Shown here piece after piece: positions 29,675 to 39,398 of a stretch of DNA of 64,000 nt (the first letter of the stretch is position 1; each line of letters opens with the position of its first letter). A program made the position numbers and the translations under genes. The stretch covers positions 372,317 to 436,316 of IMG/VR virus record IMGVR_UViG_3300032782_000001; one strand, written 5' to 3'. The notes below the pieces were generated by a model. It made no database searches. It was not told where the DNA came from and saw only the letters and a program-made list of their open reading frames with translations.

Positions 29675-30469
29675 GTGACTGCAAAGAATTCGAAAGCAAA
29701 AAGAACCGTTAGCGTAGCAGAGCGCGAGGAAGCGCTCAAGAAAGCCTTGGATGAGGCTACTCAACGCATGGCCACAGGCAAGAAGGAACGGGAGTATTTT
29801 CGACCCCTCTTGGAAGAATTGGTTCGCAATAATGCAATTCCTGTGGAGCTATTGCAGTTTGTTCCGGTTCGAGCCTCGGAAGCTGGTAAAACAAGGTTTG
29901 ACCAGCTTTATGACGCGGCCATGTTGTTGGCATTCCCGGGGTATAGGAAGGAAACTCTTCAAAGGCTTTTAGCTCCTGGTGAATCTGTAAAAACTGGCAC
30001 GAAGATTTGGAGAGTGACATTTCCTGAGAAATTTGGTCTATCGCATGTGCTGATTCGAGCAGAATCTTTCCAAGAAGCTTTTGCTCTCGGCTGCGATTAT
30101 GCTTGTCGAGTTTCATTACGAATGAACAAACGAATACCAGTCGATTTGACAGTCCGTGTCATGATTGTGACGGAAAGGGCTCTGCGCCGGAAACTCGATA
30201 TGAGATGGGCGAATCGGGTACAAAGGCGTAAGCAACTTCAGCTCGAAGCTCGTATATATACTCCAAAAGAACTTGCTGGAGCCAGAATGGCTGCCATCGG
30301 ACATCCGAAAGATCCGAAGAGAAGCTTGGCTAGATATGTAGAAGCAAAAGATCTGCAGAGTATTTTGAAATCAAAAGGACTCACCAAGGTTTCGGCTGTT
30401 GAGGCAGAAATCCCGAAGAAAGAACTCGTCATTGATACCGGTCCAGGGATTCCAAAGATTCGTGGGTAA
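29675..30469 (+). CDS. Hypothetical basic protein
   Basis: 264-aa ORF directly upstream of the PurZ-like gene. Confidence 0.6.
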   Translation: MTAKNSKAKRTVSVAEREEALKKALDEATQRMATGKKEREYFRPLLEELVRNNAIPVELLQFVPVRASEAGKTRFDQLYDAAMLLAFPGYRKETLQRLLAPGESVKTGTKIWRVTFPEKFGLSHVLIRAESFQEAFALGCDYACRVSLRMNKRIPVDLTVRVMIVTERALRRKLDMRWANRVQRRKQLQLEARIYTPKELAGARMAAIGHPKDPKRSLARYVEAKDLQSILKSKGLTKVSAVEAEIPKKELVIDTGPGIPKIRG

Positions 30470-30513
30470 CTGGCTCTTGTAATGTTCGTCCAGTCTGGAG
30501 GCGGAAGAGAAAA

Positions 30514-31701
30514 ATGCAAGATGGGAAGCTCAATATTCTGCTGGATTGCTTCTGGGGTTCTAGCGGAAAGGGCAAAACGTCCGCCTTCTTGGCGGATAGA
30601 TTCAACGTCACTCACGTCTCCAGCTCCAACTTCCCGAATGCTGGTCACACCGCTCTGTTTGAAGACGGAACGAAGTTCGTTGCAAAAGCCATCCCGACGG
30701 CTGCCATCCTCAAGAAAGTGAAAGGAATGGGGATGGAATGCTGGATTACTCCTGGTTCTGGATTCTCATGGGGCCAACTTTGTAAGGAATGGAAAGAAGC
30801 TGGATATCCCGAAATTCGAATCCATGAGCGTGCGAGCATCGTTACAGACGATCACGCTAAGCGGGAACGTGAAGGTGCGGATTCAACCATGCATATTGCA
30901 TCCACAATGCAAGGTTCGGCCGCAGCCATCGTAGATAAAATCCTTCGACGAGCTGACTGCAAACTCGCTTGGAATGATCATGAAGAAATGAAGAGGCAGT
31001 TTAGTCATCTCTTCGAAAGCAAGACAGCACGATCCTCAGATTCAATTTCTGTGATCCGGGCGGACGAATTCCGCAAGTGCGTCCAGGAAACTGTGATGAC
31101 AAGGGGCCACATGTGGCTCCACGAGGGATCGCAAGGTTATGCTCTCTCTATCGATCACGGATCGCACTATCCACAATGCACTTCACGTAATTGCACTGTG
31201 CAAGCGGCGCTCGATCACCTCGCAATGCCGCCACGATCTCTGGGAGATGTTTACCTCAATTTGAGGACGTTCCCCATTCGAGTTGGAAACGTTATGGGAG
31301 ATGACGGGCAACAGAAGGGGTACTCCGGTGACTTCTATCCGGACTGTGAAGAAATGACTTGGGAACAGGTCGCTTCTGAATCTGGAATGCCTGCCGAAGA
31401 AGCCAAAGCGCTTGCTGAAAGAGAACGTACGACTGTGACCAAGCGTATCCGTCGCGTTTGTACTTTTTCGTTCATCGGACTCCGAGACGCAGTCGTGACC
31501 AATGGAGCCACGAAGCTCGTTCTCAATTTCGTCCAATATCTAGATTGGAATGATCATGGATTGCGCGGCGGAAAAGAAGCCTTCGAGAAGCTCTCCAAGA
31601 AGAGCAGGAAATTCATCGATAAAATCGAAGCCACCACCAATGTTCCTGTAGTCCTCATCGGAACCGGTGCGGCACACGAAGACATGATCAGTCTGTTATA
31701 A
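30514..31701 (+). CDS. purZ: PurA-family synthetase with PurZ-type signature (putative 2-amino-deoxyadenylosuccinate synthase)
   Basis: DCFWGSSGKG (Ser at the PurA catalytic Asp13 position), PNAGHT, EGSQG..L.IDHG.HYP.CTSR, FPIRVG, TTVTKRIRR, LNFVQY. Family assignment is very confident; substrate is inferred. Confidence 0.72.
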   Translation: MQDGKLNILLDCFWGSSGKGKTSAFLADRFNVTHVSSSNFPNAGHTALFEDGTKFVAKAIPTAAILKKVKGMGMECWITPGSGFSWGQLCKEWKEAGYPEIRIHERASIVTDDHAKREREGADSTMHIASTMQGSAAAIVDKILRRADCKLAWNDHEEMKRQFSHLFESKTARSSDSISVIRADEFRKCVQETVMTRGHMWLHEGSQGYALSIDHGSHYPQCTSRNCTVQAALDHLAMPPRSLGDVYLNLRTFPIRVGNVMGDDGQQKGYSGDFYPDCEEMTWEQVASESGMPAEEAKALAERERTTVTKRIRRVCTFSFIGLRDAVVTNGATKLVLNFVQYLDWNDHGLRGGKEAFEKLSKKSRKFIDKIEATTNVPVVLIGTGAAHEDMISLL

Positions 31702-31707
31702 TCTTTT

Positions 31708-31953
31708 GTGGTTGAAAATACGTCAGCGCTTGCGCACGTTCTGTGCGGAACTTGCGTCGGAGAATTCGAACGCCACTGCGGTTATTTCGAATCTTCCAAG
31801 AGAAGAAGTTCAGTCCAGTCTCTCCAAAAATTCGAGACCGGGACCAGAGCATTCTGTTGTAATTGCGGACAGGATGACTGGGTAATGGCAGTTTGCCGTT
31901 TAAAAACCAATAACGACATTTGTGATGGAAATCACATTGAAGTGGATTTGTGA
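31708..31953 (+). CDS. Small Cys-rich protein
   Basis: CGTC..HC, CCNC motifs. Confidence 0.5.
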   Translation: MVENTSALAHVLCGTCVGEFERHCGYFESSKRRSSVQSLQKFETGTRAFCCNCGQDDWVMAVCRLKTNNDICDGNHIEVDL

Positions 31954-32207
31954 TTATGGAAGATAAACCTCGAATTTTCGGTGCAGGAGTTTTCACCGCA
32001 GCTGTAAGTATGAGAGGGATGACTCTTTATGTTGGAACACAAGAAATCCAGTTCGTTAAATCAATGAATTTGGAAGGAGACGCTGAGTCCGGCGTCATGA
32101 AACTGGAGATTTCATTCCCTCTGAGTCATGAACCGAAAGTAATGGAAGAAATTGAGCTGAATATGCGAGCAGCTCGGAAGCTTCCTTGGGTTGTAGTTAA
32201 ACAATGA
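31950..32207 (+). CDS. Hypothetical protein
   Basis: 85 aa, coupled to the upstream gene. Confidence 0.55.
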   Translation: MIMEDKPRIFGAGVFTAAVSMRGMTLYVGTQEIQFVKSMNLEGDAESGVMKLEISFPLSHEPKVMEEIELNMRAARKLPWVVVKQ

Positions 32208-32783
32208 TTAATTTGCCGATCGAGGCTCTTCTTTTCGCTTACGCTTCAAGTGTATACCGATTTGATCTGGATTGGAAATCATATATTCATAACATGATTT
32301 GAAATATCCCTGGACAGGATGTGCTGCATCCTTGCGCATCAAGGCTTCCAAGACCAACATTCCGGATTTAGTGTCAGACCAAATCCAGTCTTCGTCAATA
32401 GGTACGCCCGGAGATTGTTGGCTCCATACGTTCCCATAAGGAAACATGAGTAAGATGTATTCCATTTTGCTCAAATGAGGCCGGGGAAGCGGAACATAGC
32501 TTTCCTGACGTTTGATTGATAAGAATATCCCAGGAGGCAACACCAGACCGTTTGGAGTATTGGAAACCCACCTTTTGATGCTCATCCATTTGACTTCAGG
32601 AGTCTTAATGTGCATCCGCTTCCGGCATGTCAGTGAACAATTGTAAAGCGCTGATGGAGACAGGCCACATAGCCAAGGGCGAAAATCTGCGGGCACGCCC
32701 GTAAATGAGTGCAAGGATTTAATAGAAGGAATCTGGATAGTCGAAATCCGCCGTTGTACAATCGTTTTCACGTTCGAATCCAT
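32208..32783 (-). CDS. Hypothetical protein
   Basis: 191-aa ORF divergent from thyX. Confidence 0.5.
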   Translation of the reverse strand: MDSNVKTIVQRRISTIQIPSIKSLHSFTGVPADFRPWLCGLSPSALYNCSLTCRKRMHIKTPEVKWMSIKRWVSNTPNGLVLPPGIFLSIKRQESYVPLPRPHLSKMEYILLMFPYGNVWSQQSPGVPIDEDWIWSDTKSGMLVLEALMRKDAAHPVQGYFKSCYEYMISNPDQIGIHLKRKRKEEPRSAN

Positions 32784-32798
32784 AGATGAGGCTCCCTA

Positions 32799-34136
32799 AT
32801 GTCCGAACAACAGACCGAGATCTTCTGCCTTACGGACCATACGGGTGCTCCATTGAGCCCCGCGAAACAAGCGACTGTACTTGCGAAATATTCACGGTCT
32901 CCGGAGTCTGCCAAAGAACTCTTGGCCAAACTTTCGGCCGAAGAAGCGGATAAATTCCAGGAAAAGTGGGTTGTGAGTTATGGCCATAAGAGTGTGGCAG
33001 AACTCGCTACCGCGCCTGTATGCCTCGAGCGAATTTCTATCGTGGCATCCAAATTCTTCGAATCTTGGCAAAGGCCTGGATACTCGGAAAAGAGTACAAG
33101 GTACCAGGCTTTCTCTCGAGATTCCTTCGTCACGCCGCCTGGTGGCCCTGAGACCATGGCAAAATTCGCCGCCAGGTTCTACGATGCATACGATCGTCTC
33201 AATGAGAGAATGACGGCACGATGCGCCAAACTCATGAATCTGCCAGAGTCCGACAGGACTGTGAAGGCTAGAGCGTTTGATAACCTCAGGTACCTGTTGC
33301 CTGCTGGAACTGGAACGAACGTCGCTATTGTCGCCAACATGTGCGACTTGCGAGAAATGATCGTCAGGGCTCGGGGCCACAACAATTCTGAATTCCGTCT
33401 CATCGGGGACAAAATCCACGATGCAGTAGGAGAAGTTGCCCCCACTTTAGTAAAACATACTGAACCGGATGCTTTCGAACCAGTCGTAAAAGGACTCGGG
33501 AACATTAGCCCGAAATTCAGTTTTGAAGCTCCGGATTGGTACGTGGACCTCCACAAGCCATTCTTGCTGCCCGATCCTGCGTTGACTCAAAAGTCATTTG
33601 AATCGACAATCGCAGATCGGCACGGAATGAGTTGGTCAGCGTTCTGCAAGCACATGGACTCTCGCCCAGAACACCGACACGTACCCAAAGTCTTCCGATC
33701 CATTCGGATCGCTTTTGACATTATGATGGACTACGGCGCATACCGAGATCTACAAAGGCATCGGCGTTGTGAGCAATATGCAGAGCCATTGTCTATTCAC
33801 TACGGGTATTTAGTGCCAGATGACATTCTCGGATCCGATCTTGAGAATGAATATCGAGAAGCTATGGAGGCTATTTGGGCATATGACGACGATTCTGTCG
33901 TTCACGACGCAGACTTTATGCAGTATATGATTCCCCTTGGCTATCTGCATAGGTCCGTATTTGATATGGACCTGGAGCAACTCTACTATATTTCAGAACT
34001 CCGAACCAAGCCGCAAGGCCATATTTCGTATAGGCGAGTAGCTTACGAAATGTATCGGCTCGGTAAAGAGAGGTTCCCGCAAGCCATGCAGTGGTGTCGA
34101 GCTATTTTACCGGCTTCAATCGGGAAGCATACTTGA
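32799..34136 (+). CDS. thyX: Flavin-dependent thymidylate synthase, tandem two-domain type
   Basis: YGHKSVAEL, SEKSTRYQ, RYLLP; second domain DYGAYRDLQRHR, ELRTKPQGH.SYR. Confidence 0.9.
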   Translation: MSEQQTEIFCLTDHTGAPLSPAKQATVLAKYSRSPESAKELLAKLSAEEADKFQEKWVVSYGHKSVAELATAPVCLERISIVASKFFESWQRPGYSEKSTRYQAFSRDSFVTPPGGPETMAKFAARFYDAYDRLNERMTARCAKLMNLPESDRTVKARAFDNLRYLLPAGTGTNVAIVANMCDLREMIVRARGHNNSEFRLIGDKIHDAVGEVAPTLVKHTEPDAFEPVVKGLGNISPKFSFEAPDWYVDLHKPFLLPDPALTQKSFESTIADRHGMSWSAFCKHMDSRPEHRHVPKVFRSIRIAFDIMMDYGAYRDLQRHRRCEQYAEPLSIHYGYLVPDDILGSDLENEYREAMEAIWAYDDDSVVHDADFMQYMIPLGYLHRSVFDMDLEQLYYISELRTKPQGHISYRRVAYEMYRLGKERFPQAMQWCRAILPASIGKHT

Positions 34137-34453
34137 GTCTTGAGGCCGTATCGTTTGGTATGAAAGAGTTCCAAGCTCAACTTGCTAATACTGGCAAGGA
34201 TATGGAAGAAGTCGTACAATTGATTATCGAGCTTTACGATCGATATGATCAGGTAAGATTCCCGTTCCAATTCAAGAGTAGAGAACCCCAAGCAGAGTTG
34301 GAACAAGTTGGCGGATACAGGACGCCACCTCGGAGGGTACCTCTACCTAGACCCACTTTTATGGAACGTGCTCGCAAAGAAATAGTCATTACTGCTAATA
34401 GAATCACAGTTTTTATTTTGAATATTATGACACTTTGGATGTTTCAGCGGTGA
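34091..34453 (+). CDS. Hypothetical protein (start uncertain)
   Basis: ORF downstream of thyX. Confidence 0.4.
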   Translation: MVSSYFTGFNREAYLSLEAVSFGMKEFQAQLANTGKDMEEVVQLIIELYDRYDQVRFPFQFKSREPQAELEQVGGYRTPPRRVPLPRPTFMERARKEIVITANRITVFILNIMTLWMFQR

Positions 34454-34785
34454 GATTTGGGATAAACCATGTCTTGATGGAAAGTCGTGGTTTCCCGTTC
34501 GTGCAGAATTGGCTGATGAAAAATCTTCGTGACTTTCCGATAAAGAGACCCTGAATCGGGATCGATAACGGGGACTTCCGCGATAGTGATGCAAGGTCCA
34601 TCTTTTTCGGCCCTTTCGGCCGATTCGACGGACAGTTTGATCTTATCGACAGGAACCCGTCCGTAACCACCGATTACGGAACACAAAACTTTTTTGCCGC
34701 TACGCAGCGTAAGCGGACTTGCCCCTCGCTCCGGGCAGTTTACGGCTACGCGACATTTAGTACATTCGAGTTGTAGGACGTTCAT
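34444..34785 (-). CDS. Cys-containing hypothetical protein
   Basis: CTKC..C; 113 aa. Confidence 0.55.
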   Translation of the reverse strand: MNVLQLECTKCRVAVNCPERGASPLTLRSGKKVLCSVIGGYGRVPVDKIKLSVESAERAEKDGPCITIAEVPVIDPDSGSLYRKVTKIFHQPILHERETTTFHQDMVYPKSHR

Positions 34786-34827
34786 TTACTAGACGTTACC
34801 GCGCTGAAACGTTTTTGAACGGGTTCT

Positions 34828-35712
34828 GTGAACATGAGCATCAGGCAATTCGTACCCCCGAAGTCTCTTAGTTCAATGAGGGAAATCGGGAGGTCCATGA
34901 GTGATAAGGGATTCTTTGAAATTGACCTCGTGGAGGCCAATATTACATGGACGAATGCGTTCACACTGCAAAAATTGGGATTGACTTCTGAACAGGTCAG
35001 AAGCATGACAATGTTTGATATCGTCCCTGTGGATCTCCATGATCCGATTCGGGACCATCTAGAAGATCACGCTTCAGGAAAACCAAAAAAATTCGCTATT
35101 TGGCCAGTTAAAACTTCCACTGGGAAAATTTCGTGGTGGTACATCTTTGACTCCAAAGTGGAATTTCCAATAAGCTGGTCATGTGCTGAATTCGTCCAGG
35201 AAACTGACGTGGATGGACCAGCTTATACTTTCATGCGCATCACTATGATGAACGCAAATAGTTATGGAACACTCCATAATCGCGTTCAAGAGTTGGATTC
35301 TTGGATCCATGATCAAGTTTCGCGTCTAGATGAAAAAGACGCTGATCACGACAAAGCTCTCTCGGAACTAAGTGAGAGAATGAAACATGTTGTGAATGCT
35401 GCCACTCGTGCAGCTTCGACATCTCTCGAAGCTGCGTCAGCTGTTAAGGACTTAAAAGAGTCTCTGAAAGAGCAACTAGAAAAACATGAAGAAGAAATCC
35501 TTAAATTAATTAGCACGGACGTTCATCACGACAGAAGGATGGAAGCGTTCGAGAAACACGTTAAAACTACTACAGACGTTGCAATCAAGTCTATTACAAC
35601 TCAAGCGGATAAAGCCGGAAAAGGACTTTCTCGGAAAGTCACGATTCCCGTATCCACAATTGCAGCGATTGCCACTATTATTCAGTGGCTGATTCAGCAT
35701 TTCCTGAAATAG
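34828..35712 (+). CDS. PAS-like domain, coiled coil and C-terminal TM helix
   Basis: ITWTNAF..QKLGLTSEQV.SMTMFDIVP is a PAS N-terminal motif; heptads; hydrophobic C-terminus. Confidence 0.65.
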   Translation: MNMSIRQFVPPKSLSSMREIGRSMSDKGFFEIDLVEANITWTNAFTLQKLGLTSEQVRSMTMFDIVPVDLHDPIRDHLEDHASGKPKKFAIWPVKTSTGKISWWYIFDSKVEFPISWSCAEFVQETDVDGPAYTFMRITMMNANSYGTLHNRVQELDSWIHDQVSRLDEKDADHDKALSELSERMKHVVNAATRAASTSLEAASAVKDLKESLKEQLEKHEEEILKLISTDVHHDRRMEAFEKHVKTTTDVAIKSITTQADKAGKGLSRKVTIPVSTIAAIATIIQWLIQHFLK

Positions 35713-35737
35713 TTCAATATCTTGCGTATCGCAAGAT

Positions 35738-36364
35738 ATGATCTACACTATCGGTCACAGCGTCCTTCCTAAAGAAGAATTCCTCCGACTCATCCGAGGA
35801 AAAGTGGATACTGTCATCGATGTTCGGTCTCATCCGAACTCCAAATGGCCACACTTTCGGAAGGAATCGTTGGAGAAATGGCTGCCTGAAGCAGGCATTG
35901 GATATGAATGGTGGCCTGAACTCGGTGGTTGGGACGCCAGGCACCTGCCTCTGGTTGAAACGTTTCCCGATGTGGACCTTGCTGCCTATGCCAAGGGCAA
36001 ATTCCCGAAGCAACGTATTGCAAAAAACGCCGAGCCGCCAGCAGAGCAGCTTGCATTACTAAAGCCGCAATGGACTAATATCGGCCTACGTGATTACGCT
36101 TCTTTCACCAGCTTGGATGAATTTCTCGAAGGCGCAGACAGATTAATGGCGCGAGGAGAATCCGGTTCCGTTGGAATCATGTGTTGTGAGGTTCTGCCCT
36201 GGAAATGTCACAGGTCAATGATTTCGGACTATCTGGCATTTCGACAAGTGGACTCTGTTCACATGCAACCGAAGCCCAAGGCACATTCCCAAATGCTTGG
36301 GAATAGATTGGAACGCTATTCAGTCTCCATTTTGGAGGCTTGGAAAGCTTGGAAAGGCATTTAG
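35738..36364 (+). CDS. DUF488 family protein
   Basis: IYTIGHS, DVRSHPNS..PHF, ELGG, MCCE..PWKCHRSMI. Confidence 0.88.
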   Translation: MIYTIGHSVLPKEEFLRLIRGKVDTVIDVRSHPNSKWPHFRKESLEKWLPEAGIGYEWWPELGGWDARHLPLVETFPDVDLAAYAKGKFPKQRIAKNAEPPAEQLALLKPQWTNIGLRDYASFTSLDEFLEGADRLMARGESGSVGIMCCEVLPWKCHRSMISDYLAFRQVDSVHMQPKPKAHSQMLGNRLERYSVSILEAWKAWKGI

Positions 36365-36387
36365 TGTAACGTCGGAGCGGAGGCTCC

Positions 36388-36999
36388 ATGGACGTTTATC
36401 TCGTTAGTTCTCGAAGGCTCGATTGTGCACACCAGAATGTCTACGAGACGAAAGTCGTCTGTGGGAATTTGGAATCAGCCCGTCGGGCTGCTAAGAGTCT
36501 GTGTAGCGATCTCGACGGGTTATTCAACGAAACAGTTAAGAACGTCGAGTGGGAATATGACGTTGGAGGTGATCATCCGGTCAGAGTAACCAAGACGATG
36601 CTTAACGGTCATTGTGATCTCGGTATTGAAGAACTTTGCGCAATTTCTTCTCAGATCGCTTTGGAGCATGGGTGGAAGAATGATTTCCCCACTCAGTCAC
36701 TTTTAACTGTAACTGAAATTGCAGAAGCTGTTGAGGAATTCCGTGATCATCGGGGACTGAACGAGATCTGGTACAGCCACACCGTCAAGTCCAATAACGG
36801 AAAGACGAAGACTATTTCGGAAGTCTCGGCGGATACACCAGGAGCAAAACCCGAAGGTATCCCTGTAGAACTTGGAGATGCCATTATTCGGATTTGTGAT
36901 TGGTGTGGACAAAACGCCATTGATCTCCTGACTGCAATTCGCATCAAGGTCGAGTATAATCGGACCCGACCTTTCAGGCACGGGGGTAAGGCCATTTAG
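36388..36999 (+). CDS. MazG-like NTP pyrophosphohydrolase with an N-terminal extension
   Basis: TEIAEAVEE...ELGDAIIRICD...IDL..AI..KVEYNRTRPFRHGGK. Confidence 0.85.
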   Translation: MDVYLVSSRRLDCAHQNVYETKVVCGNLESARRAAKSLCSDLDGLFNETVKNVEWEYDVGGDHPVRVTKTMLNGHCDLGIEELCAISSQIALEHGWKNDFPTQSLLTVTEIAEAVEEFRDHRGLNEIWYSHTVKSNNGKTKTISEVSADTPGAKPEGIPVELGDAIIRICDWCGQNAIDLLTAIRIKVEYNRTRPFRHGGKAI

Positions 37000-37184
37000 T
37001 GAGTCTAACATTTTCTTCGTTAGAGGCGGAAATTCTCCATAGCTTGATCATGGGGATCAAGCGAATGGAGCGCCACAGCCCTGCAACCATTGGTGGCAGC
37101 GGATGGTGTACTCTTGAAATCGGATTCCGTGAAACTCGGATAAGAGCCCCGCAAGGGAATGATGACTCAAGAAAAAACTACTAA
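36999..37184 (+). CDS. Small hypothetical protein
   Basis: Coupled to the MazG-like gene. Confidence 0.4.
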   Translation: MSLTFSSLEAEILHSLIMGIKRMERHSPATIGGSGWCTLEIGFRETRIRAPQGNDDSRKNY

Positions 37185-37192
37185 ATCAAGGT

Positions 37193-37450
37193 GTGGATTG
37201 GTGGAGGATGGAAGTCATCTGGGGAAATGACGAGAATCACACCCTTCTCGGGATTATGGATCTTAGACGGACCCGTTACGAAGCGGGAGAACTGGACTCA
37301 ATAATTCAAAAAATAAGTGCTTTGATGCGTGCGGAAGAGTTGAAAGAGATGGAACGAGTAGTTTCGCGACTCGTCCGTATGAAAGTCTCTGATGATGATA
37401 TCAGAAGAACACTAAACGAAGCACTCGTTCGTGATGTAATGGACACATGA
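37193..37450 (+). CDS. Hypothetical protein ending DVMDT
   Basis: 85 aa; carries the C-terminal VMES-type tag. Confidence 0.65.
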   Translation: MDWWRMEVIWGNDENHTLLGIMDLRRTRYEAGELDSIIQKISALMRAEELKEMERVVSRLVRMKVSDDDIRRTLNEALVRDVMDT

Positions 37451-38238
37451 CACTCCCGTTGAAATATCCGGAGTCCATGGTGGATGAAAAGGAAAAATTC
37501 CTGTTTGCCATCCGATTTTCTCTGGAATTTCTGATGCGGGGATATTTAGCAAAAGTAGTCGTTGGGGAACCTGGAAAGGTTATTGAAGCTGTCCAGAAGA
37601 TGGAACTTAATGATATCTGCAATTTGGCTCAGTTCTGCAAAGAAGCCCAATCTAATTCCGAAATAATGAAGGTCATCCAAAAACGCATCCTGGAATCCAA
37701 AGATGGTTTCCACATTCGTAGGCTCGCCATCGTTCCGGGTGTGAATGTGGAGTATCTTCAGTCCGTCGATTTAGATAACTGGGATGATAAATCGGGACGT
37801 TACAATTATTCAAACGTAGATTTTATTGTCAGTGCTTGGACTTACATCAGAGGACATAATTCTAAGAAACTCACAGAGTTCGTAGTTAAGCATGGCTATC
37901 CGAACACCATGTTCAATTTGTGCAGGGATGATCCGCAGGTAAATCGAATGGATGCCGCAAGATTCGTTGTGGCTAAGAAAGATCTTTACATTCTCCTTAA
38001 AATGGTCCAGGCGAGTATGATCAGTCTTCAAGAAGCAGAAGACCTAGTTGCTGAATCAGAAGACCCTGGTATTTGGTATTCCTTTGCCAAAAATTTTGAA
38101 GGGATAAACATTCCTCGACTAGAAAAATTAATGTTCGAGAAGGGACGAGATCCCTACAAATCTTGGTTCCGAGATTATATCCCGGGAGCCAATCTCATTC
38201 GAGACTGGCAAATTGTAGCAGAAGTGATGGAATCGTGA
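37447..38238 (+). CDS. Helical-repeat hypothetical protein ending EVMES
   Basis: 263 aa; ATGA overlap; carries the tag. Confidence 0.7.
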   Translation: MTLPLKYPESMVDEKEKFLFAIRFSLEFLMRGYLAKVVVGEPGKVIEAVQKMELNDICNLAQFCKEAQSNSEIMKVIQKRILESKDGFHIRRLAIVPGVNVEYLQSVDLDNWDDKSGRYNYSNVDFIVSAWTYIRGHNSKKLTEFVVKHGYPNTMFNLCRDDPQVNRMDAARFVVAKKDLYILLKMVQASMISLQEAEDLVAESEDPGIWYSFAKNFEGINIPRLEKLMFEKGRDPYKSWFRDYIPGANLIRDWQIVAEVMES

Positions 38239-38520
38239 TTATTTACAAGTCGTCTCTAACTCACCACACGACTTGATCGACACCCAACAACTCGGCTTAA
38301 TGGACAAGCCGTTATTTTGAACGTATTCACAATCTTTGCGACACGAATCAGGATCGCTGGGTGTTGATCCTTTTGCCTCAGGGCAACCAAGAACTTTCAG
38401 GTGATCGCAAGCTTCACCACAAGAAGCCGTGTCAGTGGGCTGTACGGGAACAAGGGGTGCTTCCGGAGCTGGACACCCATTGCAGCCCATAACAAGCAAA
38501 AGTAGTAGGAATCGCTTCAT
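38239..38520 (-). CDS. Cys-rich lipoprotein
   Basis: MKRFLLLLLVMGC lipobox-like; C..ACDHLKVLGC and further Cys. Confidence 0.7.
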   Translation of the reverse strand: MKRFLLLLLVMGCNGCPAPEAPLVPVQPTDTASCGEACDHLKVLGCPEAKGSTPSDPDSCRKDCEYVQNNGLSIKPSCWVSIKSCGELETTCK

Positions 38521-39398
38521 GATGCCAAGTCTCCTTGGAAGACAAGTCCGTTGGTCGGAACCCATGGGTCGTTCGCAAATCCGGACACAAACCATCCGGG
38601 GTCGAGGAGAGCATAACCACCGTCACCCCAATCTGTACCCCAAGAATTACGAATCTTAATGTTGTTCCCAATTTTGCCCATTGCCATGATACAATGTTGG
38701 CCAATGACTTTCTCTGTGATGTTCCAAGGTTCTCCTTGAGGCGGAGGAATAACCTGGTTCCCTGAAGCTTTGTAGAAAGCTTCAGTCACTGGAATACCGA
38801 AACAGACCGGATGGCGACCGCCGATTGCACTTTGAATATCGGACAGCATTCCATCCGCAATGGAATCAATACGATAATATGAATGGAGCTTATTGTTCAA
38901 AGCATACCAGGTAGCTTTGATATCAGGACGAACGTTGACTTTGTCAGGCGTATACGGCCACAAACTTTCAGGACAAATTCCAAATACGTTCATGGCTTGG
39001 AAAGCCGCCTTGACTGACATTCCCTTGTCAAGGTTTGTGAGATTGTGGATCCCGTCCACCGTCATTATGGAACGACCATTGTAATAAATTTGATTCCTGG
39101 AAATTTGAACTTGTGTCAATCCATCCAGTCCATTGCAAAGCTCAATTGCGTCGGCTGACGCGTTAGCCACGCAAGAACTTTCCCACAATTGGTTGGAAAC
39201 CTCCGTGCACCACTGTTGGAGATCTACATCACCAGCCGTAACGCTCAAAACTGGTAAAAGGTCTTTGGAAAAGATCTTATCACCGTCTGTGACGACGCTT
39301 GGCATGAATCCACCAATTTCGGTCCTTAAAATCATATCGGAATTCTCGATAAAAGCTTTTGACTGTGAAGATTCGAAACGTTTATGCTGATATGACAT
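38517..39398 (-). CDS. Papain-like (C1) cysteine peptidase
   Basis: NQ..ESSCVANA (catalytic Cys), GQHCI (His), IRNSWGTDWGDGGY. Confidence 0.9.
   Translation of the reverse strand: MSYQHKRFESSQSKAFIENSDMILRTEIGGFMPSVVTDGDKIFSKDLLPVLSVTAGDVDLQQWCTEVSNQLWESSCVANASADAIELCNGLDGLTQVQISRNQIYYNGRSIMTVDGIHNLTNLDKGMSVKAAFQAMNVFGICPESLWPYTPDKVNVRPDIKATWYALNNKLHSYYRIDSIADGMLSDIQSAIGGRHPVCFGIPVTEAFYKASGNQVIPPPQGEPWNITEKVIGQHCIMAMGKIGNNIKIRNSWGTDWGDGGYALLDPGWFVSGFANDPWVPTNGLVFQGDLAS

Noticed and set aside
30514-31701. Canonical adenylosuccinate synthetase PurA
   Set aside because: The catalytic Asp is replaced by Ser and other motifs match recalled PurZ patterns; kept only as the alternative hypothesis.
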